64,000 nt of DNA from Octopus bimaculoides. Its lineage: Eukaryota. Numbering within the stretch: position 1 is the first letter of the stretch; each line of letters begins with the position of its first letter. The DNA lies in the NCBI RefSeq assembly GCF_001194135.2, contig NC_069000.1, forward strand, positions 39,730,347 to 39,794,346, given 5' to 3'. A model generated the notes under the pieces. The model worked only from the letters and a program-made list of their open reading frames with translations. It was not told where the DNA came from and did not search any database. Positions 12,409-24,366 of the stretch are shown piece by piece. Position numbers and translations under genes: made by a program.

Positions 12409-12905
12409 GTACGGGGTATTTCGTTATGCAATCATAATATGCTATAAAGTATATTAAACGTTTTTATAAGTCAATATCGCGTTCTACTGTGTTAATGTCA
12501 TCTCTGCAGATTTTCTATAGAAATTATATCCAGCACAGATTTTTCGCTACAACGTTTCGTATACGAGACGTCAGATGTAAACAAACAATGAGATCGAAGA
12601 TGAGAATAGGGTAATGCGTGTATGTGCCATATTTCAGAGGTTTTGCTCAACTATCAACACCCATTCAATCATTTAATTATCCTCGAACGTTACATTTTCC
12701 TAGCTTTGACCTCATTGCTTCTTTACAACTGATGTCTCGTATACGAAACGTCGTAACAAACATCATTGCTGGCTATAATTTCTATCAAATATCTGTGGAA
12801 ATAATCTTAACAAGTAATGTAAAAGCGCACTGCTAACGCGGTATTGACTTATTAAAACGTTTAATATATTTATAATATATTCTGGTTGCGTAACCAAATA
12901 GGTAC
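12409..12905. repeat. Long inverted repeat / foldback (about 190-bp arms, about 105-bp spacer), MITE-like
   Basis: Left aaacgtttttataagtcaatatcgcgtt vs right aacgcggtattgacttattaaaacgttt; left acgtttcgtatacgagacgtcag vs right ctgatgtctcgtatacgaaacgt. Both ends carry gtac. Confidence 0.85.
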
Positions 12906-12999
12906 AAAATGAGGTATATCATAATCACACATATAAACATTCACATACACACTACGCTCATTTTATATTAGGAGATTGTTACTCGGTATAGTAGCAGTT

Positions 13000-14700
13000 G
13001 TTACTTGATATAGTAACCGTAATATTCAGGTTTTTCACAGCAATGGATACAGCTAATGTCGACGCTTTACAAATTTTTAGAAATTTTAGTTGCATCTTGC
13101 AATCCAGGATGGCTTTACAAAGCGCAAATCCTTCCTATAAATTTATTCAATTTGAGACAAAGTTCATTGAAGACATTTACATTATGAATGTAGTTATTTT
13201 AATTCGTGTAAATTATCGATAATTTGGCATCTAAAATTAATCTTAATTTTTAATACAATTCATAATGATGAAGGAAGCCTCCATTCATTTCATTATTGAG
13301 ACAATAAATAGAATGTTTTATTAATCTCATCATTTCTAGTTTCGTATTCAGCCCGACATTTTTATCTCTGCTTTCACCAGCATTTGTTTCTTATTTTAAG
13401 GTCTCTTTTTAGTTTAACATCCAATCCATCACATACTCTCATCCAAGCTGGTTTAATGATTTGTTGCTTAATGACATATGACTATTCCAAAGGACCTTGA
13501 AGGGCGTTTAAATCAAAACTAACATCATAAAAATGCACGGTATGATCCTGGATATGCTTCTGAAAACAGAGATATGGAATAAAACTTAATTCTAAATCCT
13601 GGCCAATACAAGAAATTAAACGTCAAAATTTGATCCAGCACCTGACGTGTTTCCTAAAAGTTCCACTTTAATATTCAAGTATTCGTAAACTGTCTTCAGT
13701 CTCTGTTATAGAATACCATCGATTTTCAGCGCCAGATCTTGGCAATTATTCCTACAGTGCCTCTCCATGTTTACTAACAGTGAGTTTAGCAAAAAAAAAA
13801 ACAATGACAAAAGAACGAATTGCAATGTAGAAAGTCCCCATCAAATATCAATGTTAGCTGCACAAACTCCACATTTCTGTAGTTTTCATTTAATCCTCTA
13901 ATGAACAGCACGTTTGCACCACTATCATATATATAACTAATTTCAAAATTACTTCGATCACATTTTCAACATCTCTTCATTTTTATTAGAAAACGAAGCA
14001 CTTTTATAAAACTTGGTTTGTTTTTAAAATTAATATCAACGTAGCAATCTCTTCTGCTATATGCTCGCCTTCAGCTTGATCTCCAGTTACATCAAACATG
14101 AAGACTAAACCCAGCACATAGAATACTAGATTAAAATTTCTAGCGAAGAGAATCTGAATTACTTAATTCTGTACAAAAGGCGGAGAATATATTATTTTTT
14201 GAGAATTGTCTTCTACAATATAGGATGATTGTACGCTCGCAATTTTAAGAACCCACCTAAATTTCCCAAATTGCTTTTGTTTTCTGTATGGCTCACGAGA
14301 TTTTTTTTTTTTTTTGTGTGTTGCTAACAAATTTATACACTGGAGATTTTGATAACAAAATCTTGTCTTTTAGTCTTCCTGATAAAATTTTTGCTTGAAG
14401 CTTTGTCAATGAAAACTCGTTTTTGTTAAATGATTTTCATTAATTATCCCTTATTGAGTAAAACACAATCGATGTTGTTTGTTTACTTAAGAATGGTGCT
14501 AAATATTTTTGGTGATTGCTTATAATGGAATCTGTTTAGTTTTTCCAATAGGGACTTATTGGACTTTTAAGAAAGTAGTAAACAACCATAGCAGAAACTA
14601 TTTATTTCTCTAGAGAATAACCAAGTTATAAGCACCGTTTCTCAATATCAATTTCCTAGCATTGTTTTAAACAATCTACGTACATTGATCGACATTGTGT
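13000..14700 (-). pseudogene. Decayed hAT transposase with TTF-type zinc finger (ZMYM1/Tip100-like)
   Basis: Minus-strand translations in the expected order: FCYGCLL at about 14575-14600 (TTF finger FCxxCxLF), GNLGGFLKLRAYNHPIL at 14217-14266 (cf. GNFLxLLxLLAxYDP), FDVTGDQAEGEHIAEEI at about 14050-14100, YDSGANV at about 13910-13930 (cf. YDxAxNM). The downstream boundary is uncertain. Confidence 0.7.
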
Positions 14701-15109
14701 AAGAACAAATATCCCTTTACAAGTTTGAAAATTCTTCGAACGCAATATAAATATCTCTATCCGTTAACCGTTCGGTAAAATTACATTTTGTGATACGTTT
14801 TCAAGTATCAAGCATCTTATATCGCACTTGGTACAGACTTACTTTTCTCATGATATTTTCGATATTCCGCGTTGTATAATATTCTACACCTTTCCAAGAT
14901 ACATTCTGTTATTGGAAGATACACAGTTATCCTTATTATAATACATTGTTGAATAAATCTACGTTTATTTCTGATGCAGATAATCGTAGGGAAGAAATAG
15001 TTTCAATAAATAAGTCCTCCTTGCATTTTTTTTCCATCCTAATTTCAATGTTGGGTTGTTGGACAAAGTTTTCAAAAACTTATACGCACGCGCGCACACA
15101 AGCACTCTG

Positions 15110-15445
15110 GTTAAGTAGCGAGGTGCGTATGGTTGTGCTGTTGAGAAGACTGTTTTACAGTATCATGGTTTGAGGTTCCATCCCACTGAGAAGCAACTCG
15201 AGCAAATGTTTTGACTATAGCTTCGGGCTAAGAAATACACTATGAGTAAATTTGGTAAATGGAAAGTGTTTAAACCCTCGTCGTATATATACACGTGTGT
15301 GTGTTTGTGTGGATACGTGTATGTATGTATGTATTATATATGTATGTATGTACGTATGCACATGTGTAAATATGTATGTATGTATGTAGCGGTGTATTTG
15401 TGTGCCCAATGTTTGTGTTTGTCACACACCTACCGTTTGAGTATC
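15110..15445 (+). mobile_element. SINE family 2 (gtggtaagaagcttgcttcccaaccacatgg head) with internal microsatellite
   Basis: ggttccatcccactg (B-box-like), gcaaatgttttgactatagc, gagtaaatttggtaaatggaaa; homologous to the reverse copies at 15560, 48655 and 61800. Confidence 0.7.
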
Positions 15446-15454
15446 GGTAACTAC

Positions 15455-15722
15455 TGAACCGCTATGTTACAGGGACGTAAACAGACCAACACCGGTTGTC
15501 AAGTGGCGATTGTAGGACAACCATGGACATACAGACAAACACACATAGATACATATATACATATGTACGACGGACATTTTTCTGTTCCCCTCTAACAAAT
15601 CCATTCACAATGTGTGGTTGGACCTAGACTATAGCAGAAAGCACTTGCCCAAGATGTCACGCAATGGAACTGAACCCAGAACAATGTGGTTGGGAAGTAA
15701 GCTTCTTAACACACAGCCACGC
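15455..15722 (-). mobile_element. SINE family 2, inverted relative to the previous copy
   Basis: gaagcacttgcccaag-tgtcacgcaatggaactgaaccc-gaacaatgtggttgggaagtaagcttcttaacacacagccac is the reverse complement of the family 2 head. Confidence 0.85.
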
Positions 15723-15790
15723 ACGCGCCTACACACATACACACACACACATTCATGCGCGCGCGACTTACACACATATACTTACGTATA

Positions 15791-15983
15791 TACAAGGAGC
15801 GGCTGAAAAGTTTCTGGCTTTAGGGGCATCACGAAAGGCCTCGATGAAGGCTGATCATTCTGAGCCGAAGGACCACTGCAAAAAGCGTACAAATAGGAGA
15901 GAGGATTGTGTTGAATAAAATTACAAATAGCTGATCCTCCTATACTTCCATTTACCCAGGGCCATAAACTATTCAGCAAATAT
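15791..15983 (+). mobile_element. Mariner-derived MITE, copy 1 (degenerate)
   Basis: Starts tacaaggagcggctgaaaagtttctgg; aligns with 27614-27839 (gttgaataaaat...ctgatcctcct). Confidence 0.7.
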
Positions 15984-16111
15984 GCATGTGTGTGTGTGTA
16001 TGTGTGTGTGTGTGTGCGTGCGTGTGTGTGTGTGTGTGTGCGCGTGTGCGTGTGTGCGTGTGTGTGTGTGTGTGCGTGTGTGTGTGTGTGTGTATAAAAC
16101 AGTCTTTGCAT

Positions 16112-16165
<54 letters not shown>

Positions 16166-17825
16166 CATTATATATATAATATACATGAATATATACATAT
16201 ATGTATATATACACATACTTTTATATAGATAGATGAATAGATACATATATGCATGCATACATACATATGTACATGCATACATACAATCATATATACATAC
16301 ATAAACACAATCACACACATATATACATACATACACACACAGGCACACATACATACATACATACATACATACATACATGCATGCATACATACATACATCC
16401 ATACATACATACATACATACATACATTCATACATACATACATATATACATACATAATGTTAATCTAAATGATTATACATAATTGCACTTGATAAAAGGAC
16501 TCGCTTTCACACTGCTTTGATACCGAGTAATAACGTTCGTATGTTTTCCACACTCAAAAGTAAACACAGGTAAACAGAAACAAACATAAATTGAGTTTAT
16601 TACGTTGATATGTAATTTTATTTCCCTGCTCTCAAATGGTTTGATATTTCCAAATTCTGTACTTAAAACTATTCACTTGCGATTATTTTAAGGCTGAAAC
16701 AATAAATATATTATTATGTTGCTGGGAATCGTAAAAGAACAAATAACATTTGTCATTCTTTTCATATTAAGTGCATGTCACATATAAATTTCAATGGCTT
16801 CTTATCTAAGCTGAAAATAAGGTTGTAAATGCAGCTCAGCTGTTTGGTAAAGTTTGCGTAGTTTAAAATTTTAATTATCTAGAAATTCTTTCCGAATTTA
16901 TCAATTTATTAGAATCTATTTTCAATGAAAATGCGCATAAGTGGGAGTTGTTTGGTGTATATTTGATACAAGTAATCTTCACCGGAACAAGCCACATCAT
17001 CGCAATTTATCAAGTAGTCTTGATAAATTCTTATAAAGATTTTATCCTATATTATATTATAAATAATTAGAATATATTCAGTGCTGAATATTATTCTGTA
17101 TAAGCACATGTTACTGAGATGCAACCGGATAAATTCAAACCTCTTTCATGGATATATAATGATGGACGGAAGTCATTGTACTGTGTTGGCTACATCGTGG
17201 TATGTTGATTCTTGTTTATTTTTATGTATCTCAACCATACGTGTACTGAAGAACAAAAGATGCAGGTTACTTCACAGTTATTCTGTATTGATTGAGAAAC
17301 CAGTGGTTTACCGTTAAGTTAAATGTTTTTAAGTAAGTGATTAATTTTGAAAGCTGCATTTCCACGCTTTCGGTAAATATGTTGCTTATTTTTTGGTAGT
17401 TTTTGACTTATTTAGTCCCTCGAAGCGTGAGGCATTACTACACAGTTAATGCCCTTTATATATAAATTATATATATATATATNNNNNNNNNNNNNNNNNN
17501 NNNNNNNNNNNNNNNNNNNNNNNNNNNNNNNNNNNNNNNNNNNNNNNNNNNNNNNNNNNNNNNNNNNNNNNNNNNNNNNNNNNNNNNNNNNNNNNNNNNN
17601 NNNNNNNNNNNNNNNNNNNNNNNNNNNNNNNNNNNNNNNNNNNNNNNNNNNNNNNNNNNNNNNNNNNNNNNNNNNNNNNNNNNNNNNNNNNNNNNNNATA
17701 TATATATATATATACCAGAATATGCACATAAACGTGAAACAAGGTGGGAAAAAATATTACTCGAATACCGGAGATATGTGCTGTATTATTAAGGATGCAA
17801 AAACATCACAAAAATATCACAAAAA

Positions 17826-17863
17826 CTACTACTCAGAGTTTCACGTTCCCGTTCATCGGGCAG
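17826..17863 (-). ncRNA. Type-I hammerhead-ribozyme-like motif in the left arm of element C
   Basis: Minus strand reads CTGC / CCGATGA / ACG-GGAA-CGT / GAA-ACTC-T-GAGT-A / GTAG. All three stems pair, loop II is a GNRA tetraloop and the cleavage triplet would be GUA. The core differs from CUGAUGA only at U4. Confidence 0.5.
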
Positions 17864-17871
17864 AAGACCAC

Positions 17872-17913
17872 AACTGACCGACGATCGGGAACGTGAAACT
17901 CTTAGTAACAGTT
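17872..17913 (+). ncRNA. Degenerate hammerhead-like motif in the right arm of element C
   Basis: AACTGA / CCGACGA / TCG-GGAA-CGT / GAA-ACTC-T-TAGT-A / ACAGTT, with one mismatch in each stem. Confidence 0.35.
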
Positions 17914-19662
17914 TTATGTGATACATTTGCCATGTCTTTGTAGACTTAATCCTGAAACGCCGGTGTTAAAACGGGGGAAGCTGATGAAGAAGAATGTTCT
18001 CTATGTGGCTTGTGTGTTTTCTCGTCTACGTTTTGTATGCAATGTCCTGTACCCAGATATGCACCTATACATACAGGTGGATGTCGGTATGCACATACCT
18101 GTACGTATATATGCATATACTCATTTACTATTTGTTTTTATATATATATATATATAGGCGCATGTCTTATGTATATATATTAGCAAACTAGTTCGCTAAG
18201 AAAATATCGATGAGACGAAAACAGTATGTATACTGAGAAATAATGTTTCTCGCCACTTAAACATCGGTGTTCTACAAGAACAAATGATACTGCTATTTTA
18301 TATATTCACCTGGGCAGCTGCACTGCATAACGGAACTATTTATATATTCTCTATTTCATTCACTCTCCTTCTGATGCATTCAGACGCATTCACGCACTCT
18401 CCTGTTCACTTAACCAAGAAAATCCTCTCTTCTATACACATACATATATATATTAGTACACATCCCGGCTGACCCATAAACACACTGACATTGCTAACCA
18501 CTTGCGCATGCCAAGCATTGGTACTTACTATCCATCTCCTCTCTACTCTACTTAGGAACCATATTCACACCTGCCAACTTAGCATTCGTTATTTCCATTT
18601 CTTCTGTAAATTCACCGACGAAATTTTCTGAGTTTTTTTAATGATTTTTCACTCTTCTGTATCTGTTGACAAGTTTCCTTTTCCGCTTAGCAATTATATA
18701 TGTATAATCTATATATAATGATATATTTTTTAAGTATTGCTATCACATTTACCTAATTTCGCATCTTCGAATCATCGATTACAACTTCTTTTAGATAGGT
18801 GATATCAATAAAATCGATGAAGTAGGCAATTTCGATATAATGAGGTGACAATATATGCTATTTTCATCAATTTAATAAAAACCAGCAACAGCTTAAAAGA
18901 ATTGCTAGAAAACTATATATTGAAATAGTCAAAGTAAGTCAAGTTTGTTTTTATAAGTTATGGGCTTCCTGTCATTTTAAATTTACTTCAGTATCAAGAA
19001 GAGTTTATCTAGTAAATATTTTTTCCTACGTAAGGTAAATTTCCTTGCAAGAAATATTGTGGTTTAAATTGGAGCATGTACAACCGTCTTTCAAAGATAT
19101 ATCGATATGACTAGTTACTCAAAGATACTAAAAAATTCAAGTCTGCAAAATATATGATTATACAATTAACAAACAATTTTGATTTACTTCAAAGCAAATT
19201 TAATTACAACAAAATCATGCGCTTGTAATGCTTAGACTTTGCGAAAATTAACAGTGTCAATTACTGTCAGGAGGAAAACAAAAAAAAAATATGTGAAAAC
19301 ATGACTTTAATCTTTTTGATTTATGACGAAAACTGCGATCTTCAGAAGAGCTGAAGAACGAACTGAAGTGGGCGTGCATCTAGAGTCACTGGATGAACTC
19401 TCCTTAATGAAAAGCCACATGTGTGTGTGGGCGTATGTATGTGAGTGTGTGTGCATCTGTGTGTGTGTGTGTATGTGTGCAGCTCGATAAATGCTTGTAG
19501 GTCGAAATGTCACGGTCACTTTCATCCATCATGCAAAAGTTTACTAATAGTGCCTTTTCCTAAAAAAATATTGAGCAATTCTCCTGTCTAATGTTAAATA
19601 GTTTCTATACAGCACTTCATGTGCAAACGAGCATCAATACATATATTTACACACACACATAC

Positions 19663-19693
<31 letters not shown>

Positions 19694-20616
19694 TACACAT
19701 GCATACATAACTAAATATATATATATATACATATACAATGTATATGCATACATACATATATATATGTATATATATACATACATATATATATACACACATA
19801 CATATATATATATACATATATATATATANNNNNNNNNNNNNNNNNNNNNNNNNNNNNNNNNNNNNNNNNNNNNNNNNNNNNNNNNNNNNNNNNNNNNNNN
19901 NNNNNNNNNNNNNNNNNNNNNNNNNNNNNNNNNNNNNATATATGCTCATATGGCATTTATTGCATAATACTAGCAGTTGTTTAATTACCGGAGATTATTA
20001 TTCAAATAAAGGTTATTAAATAGCATTTAATATCAATGTATTGGCATGCGCATAGTGCTTCAATGTATGCATGTTTGTAACTGAAATTAGTGTTTCTGCA
20101 TACGTAAAGATGGATGTTTTGCAGCAGAGATGCCATGCGCATCAATAATAGTAATTAATATATTTTGTCAGTAAATAATTACAAATGTTCCCAGTCAATT
20201 ATCAGGATTGTTGCTGCTCGATTAATTTTTCATATTTAAACAGATAACTTGTTAAATCTGTTCTGACAGATGGGAAATGCTTTGTGTAACTTTCTGTCAT
20301 TGATCGAGTAGACTAGGCTGCGGTTTGTGAAATATGTACACATGTGACGAATTATTATATCTGTTATTTCAATATTTGCTGTAGAGGCAGTGAACACGTT
20401 TATGAATATTGTATGTAAGTTATTTTATTTCCTTCACAATGACTATGTCTCTTAGAATGTGATGGTTAATACACTTCCACAAAATATAACTATTTTACCT
20501 AAAATGTGAATCAAATTAATTTATCTATCTTTTCGAACAGTGGTTATCATCCAGGGTTCATATGAGATTTCGTTATTAAAGTTTATGCGCAATTCATTGC
20601 TTCTACAACACATAAA

Positions 20617-20996
20617 GTGGCCCAGTGGTTAGGGCAGCGGACTCGCGGTCATAGAATCGCGGTTTCGATTCCCAGAGCGGGCATTGTGAGTGTTTATTGA
20701 GCGAAAACACCTAAAGCTCCACGAGGCTCCGGTAGGAGATGGTGGCGAACACTGATGTACTCTTCCACCACAACTTTCTCTCACTCTTACTTCCTGTTTC
20801 TGTTGTGCCTGTAATTCACAGGGTCAGCCTTGTCACACTGTGTCACGCTGAATATCCCCGAGAACTACGTTAAGGGTACACGTGTCTGTGGAGTGCTCAG
20901 CCACTTGCACGTTAATTTCACGAGCAGACTGTTCCGTTGATCGGATCAACTGGAACACACGACGTCGTAAGCGACGGAGTGCCAACAACAACAACA
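20617..20996 (+). mobile_element. SINE family 1, near full length (tRNA-derived, octopus OK/OR type)
   Basis: A-box-like tggcccagtgg, B-box-like ggtttcgattcc, (CAA)n tail, and a 12-bp direct repeat acaacacataaa at 20605-20616 and 20991-21002. Reverse copy at 60881-61257. Confidence 0.92.
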
Positions 20997-21089
20997 CATA
21001 AAATATATTAACAATTTTTATAGAATTTCTAATAATATTTAATCACAAAAATACTCTAGTATTTTTTTAACATAGAATGGTTAGCAGGG

Positions 21090-21162
21090 TCCACCCGAGT
21101 AAAATGAGATTCAAATGGGTCCATATGCAAAATATTAAAACAAAACGATTGAGAACCAGTTT
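21090..21162. mobile_element. Terminal fragment of the hAT MITE family
   Basis: gggtccatatgc...gattgagaacca matches the right end of 35746-36083. Confidence 0.45.
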
Positions 21163-21469
21163 TTGGCGAAATATATATCCATTCCCTTTACCTTTATCAA
21201 ACAGAATAACGAAAACACGCTACAGCGTTTCGTCCAATAGAGCAGTACTCCATATTTCATACTGTCTCTTTACTATTTGCTCAGATTTCAAGAGCAGCGG
21301 CTAGACACAGCTTGGTGGTGATCAATACAACCATAAAAATTGTGAAAGCATTTTTGAACAATGTTGATCTTGTTAAACACATGATGAGCTCTGGTGCCCA
21401 GTTAGTGTATGGGAGATAATCATTTCTAGATAATCCTTTCAACAATAAGGACAATACCTGAAAAATTCG

Positions 21470-21610
21470 GGAGGGCCTCGTCGATTACATTGGAAACAGT
21501 ACTCAGTTGGTACCTCACTGATCGACACCAGAATTTGAAAGGCAATATCAACCACGGCGCAATTTGTACTCAGAACGCAAAGACGAGCGAAACGATTCTG
21601 CCATCTTAAA
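21470..21610 (-). mobile_element. SINE family 3, degenerate with internal deletion
   Basis: gaaaggcaatatcaaccacggcgcaatttgtactcagaacgcaaagac...acgattctgcca. Confidence 0.7.
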
Positions 21611-23222
21611 GCCTACAATAATTTCTGGATAATACTCGGTGAGATTAACGTTTGAATATTAAATCGAAGAACAAGCAGGAAGATGCATGCAATATACACA
21701 TTTATTTATCTATTTATAGGATTTCGCATGACACAAATCCTTAAATTTTGTGACCATAGCTCCAGGTTCAATCCAAATACGTGGCACATTGGACAAGTGT
21801 ATTCTCCTATCTTCTGAGTGGATTTGGTAGACATTCAACATCGTTGGCTGATGTGGTAACTGAAGGAAAATAAAATTAAATATAAGTTGGTCCATACTAA
21901 GGCACGCAAAACCATACAATATCATTTCCAGGTGATGCCGATCCTGCTCCGCAAATCCCTGTCTATTCTGTGGACCAATGAGAAGATCGTTAATAGAATT
22001 TCTGAAAGATTCTCAAAATGGCTCCACACATATTAATGTACTTTCGCACAATGCAGCGGGAATGAATTTGAGTAACTGTTAGCATAATTTACTTTAAGTC
22101 AACAATAAACGAATCAGTGATAAACGAGGACAGGTATAGAATTTTTAGAGGAAATACGAGGCAGAAGTCTCGACTCGAACTCTCGCCTGTGCTGTAACTC
22201 CAGTTAATAGCGAAACAAAGAGAGATATAGTGGATGTTTATTGGATATATATTGAGTATTTATTGGATTTGGATTCAGTTTCCTACGACGTCAGCACACA
22301 ACAATTTTGCCTCTACATAATAACAAGGATGAACACTTGTGATGACAGCAGTATTAGGCTGTAAAGAATGCGTCACAACGGATTCGTCAATAATATATAT
22401 CTCCACCTTCTGTGTACACCAAGCCTCGCCTATACGATTTACGACTATGTGTCACCGATCTCAAGGCCAAACATTTAGAAAGCATGGAAATAAAAGATGA
22501 GAGAATATAACGCTTATTCATTCCTCTAATACAATAAATTTACGGGAAAATTTAGTAGATTTCTTCATTCAAAGACTCAATAACGTTGACTATAGTATAA
22601 TTGAGCTGGGCGAAAGTAAATTGAAAGGTGTGCGGATTTAATGCTCATAAAATCAATTAGTAGCTCCATGTTTCAAGATAATAAACTACCAAGCGAAGAG
22701 TGTTGACTCTTAGCTTTACAAATGGACAGAGACATTGCTGAATGGTTAAAAGCTTCGTTTATCAGTCATGTTGTTTATTTGTTCGATACTACTGCGCGTT
22801 GGACTTTATCTACATATAATCTAGCCGCGGGTTAAACATAGCATTGACAACGGAAATTGATAAACAGAAAGTAAGTGTACGAAGACTTCTTGTATTTATA
22901 CAGATTTATACAAAACTTGAATCATATCGAGCGAATGAAGAATGATTATTCACAAAATAAATCGTGTTATTTAAAGTGAATATTTATCTGCATACGTGTG
23001 TTTCAACAGCTTTGACATTTAGGCAAGGAATTAACTTCCAGAGGCGTAAAACTCGAGATGACAGCAAAAATATTCTGTATAAATAAACTGTGGGTGTAGA
23101 AAAACAAAGAGAGAGAGAGCGAGAGAGAGAGGAAGAGAGGGGCTTGAAAGAAATATAGAAATATGCAAGGTTAAATAAGATATATCACTGTGCGCATGTA
23201 TATGGAAAGATATACATATTAC

Positions 23223-23294
<72 letters not shown>

Positions 23295-23695
23295 GGAAAG
23301 AAAGAGACAGAGAGACAGAAATAGACTGACAGATAGAAACAGACTGACAGACAGACACAGTGAGACAAGCAGAGAAGATAGGAGAGATATAAATATAGAA
23401 ACATGGACCATATGTGTATGTATATATATATATATATATACATACATACATACACATATACATATATACATATATATATATANNNNNNNNNNNNNNNNNN
23501 NNNNNNNNNNNNNNNNNNNNNNNNNNNNNNNNNNNNNNNNNNNNNNNNNNNNNNNNNNNNNNNNNNNNNNNNNNNNNNNNNNNNNNNNNNNNNNNNNNNN
23601 NNNNNNNNNNNNNNNNNNNNNNNNNNNNNNNNNNNNNNNNNNNNNNNNNNNNNNNNNNNNNNNNNNNNNNNNNNNNNNNNNNNNNNNNNNNNNNN

Positions 23696-23759
<64 letters not shown>

Positions 23760-23782
23760 TGTGTCTGTGTCTGTGTGTGTGT
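23696..23782. repeat. (TG)n microsatellite
   Basis: Direct reading. Confidence 0.95.
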
Positions 23783-24366
23783 GCGTACGTGTTTATGAGT
23801 GATCTTATTCTGCTTATATATAACTTACGCTGATGTGTATCAGAGAAAATTGTCGGCGGAAAAGCAGAAAATTGATACCTTTGAAAAAAAAAAGACATAC
23901 AATGTTATACAGAAAATCGCCTGTGAACCTTATCGCCAGAGATGCAGTGAATCGAAAATTATGAAGTGGGACACACTCATATGTATATACATACATGCCT
24001 ATATACATATACACACGACTTATGTACGAACGAACCACCTAATAATAATTACACACACACAAACACACTAATATACCGAAATTACTTTCTTAACATACAA
24101 CCCAGTATATATATATATATATATATNNNNNNNNNNNNNNNNNNNNNNNNNNNNNNNNNNNNNNNNNNNNNNNNNNNNNNNNNNNNNNNNNNNTATATAT
24201 AATGTATAATAAAACGAATGGTTTACACTCGGTAGCTTACTGATGAAGCAGGGTCACTTTCAGATTGATCGTTAGGTAAATAACAAATGAAAGAGAGAAG
24301 ATGGAATATACGAGAATATATTATTAATCACAACAATTGTTTCGACACATCTAGCATCGACTCCTC

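Larger units (their letters stand above)
17712..17925. mobile_element. Short palindromic element C (probably PLE-derived), copy 1
   Basis: Shares gaaacaaggtggaaaaa-a-tactcgaatacc and gagtttcacgttccc...gggaacgtgaaactc with 62378-62560; follows (TA)n. Confidence 0.8.

Noticed and set aside
17957-17995. GAAAC-GCCGGT-GTT ... CTGATGA, a possible type-II hammerhead
   Set aside because: Stem III pairs, but stem I cannot form and stem II has only 2 bp.
20617-20700. tRNA-like sequence here and at the other SINE heads
   Set aside because: A and B boxes are present, but there is no complete cloverleaf or acceptor stem and the sequence continues into a SINE body, so these are not tRNA genes.
21710-22010. 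Exon-like pieces on both strands around 21710-22010
   Set aside because: The minus-strand pair would need a 58-nt intron and gives an in-frame stop when joined; the plus frames end in stops without good donors.
24239-24260. CTGATGAAG just upstream of the PLE RT fragment
   Set aside because: No stem II followed by GAAA, and no stem I or III partner found.
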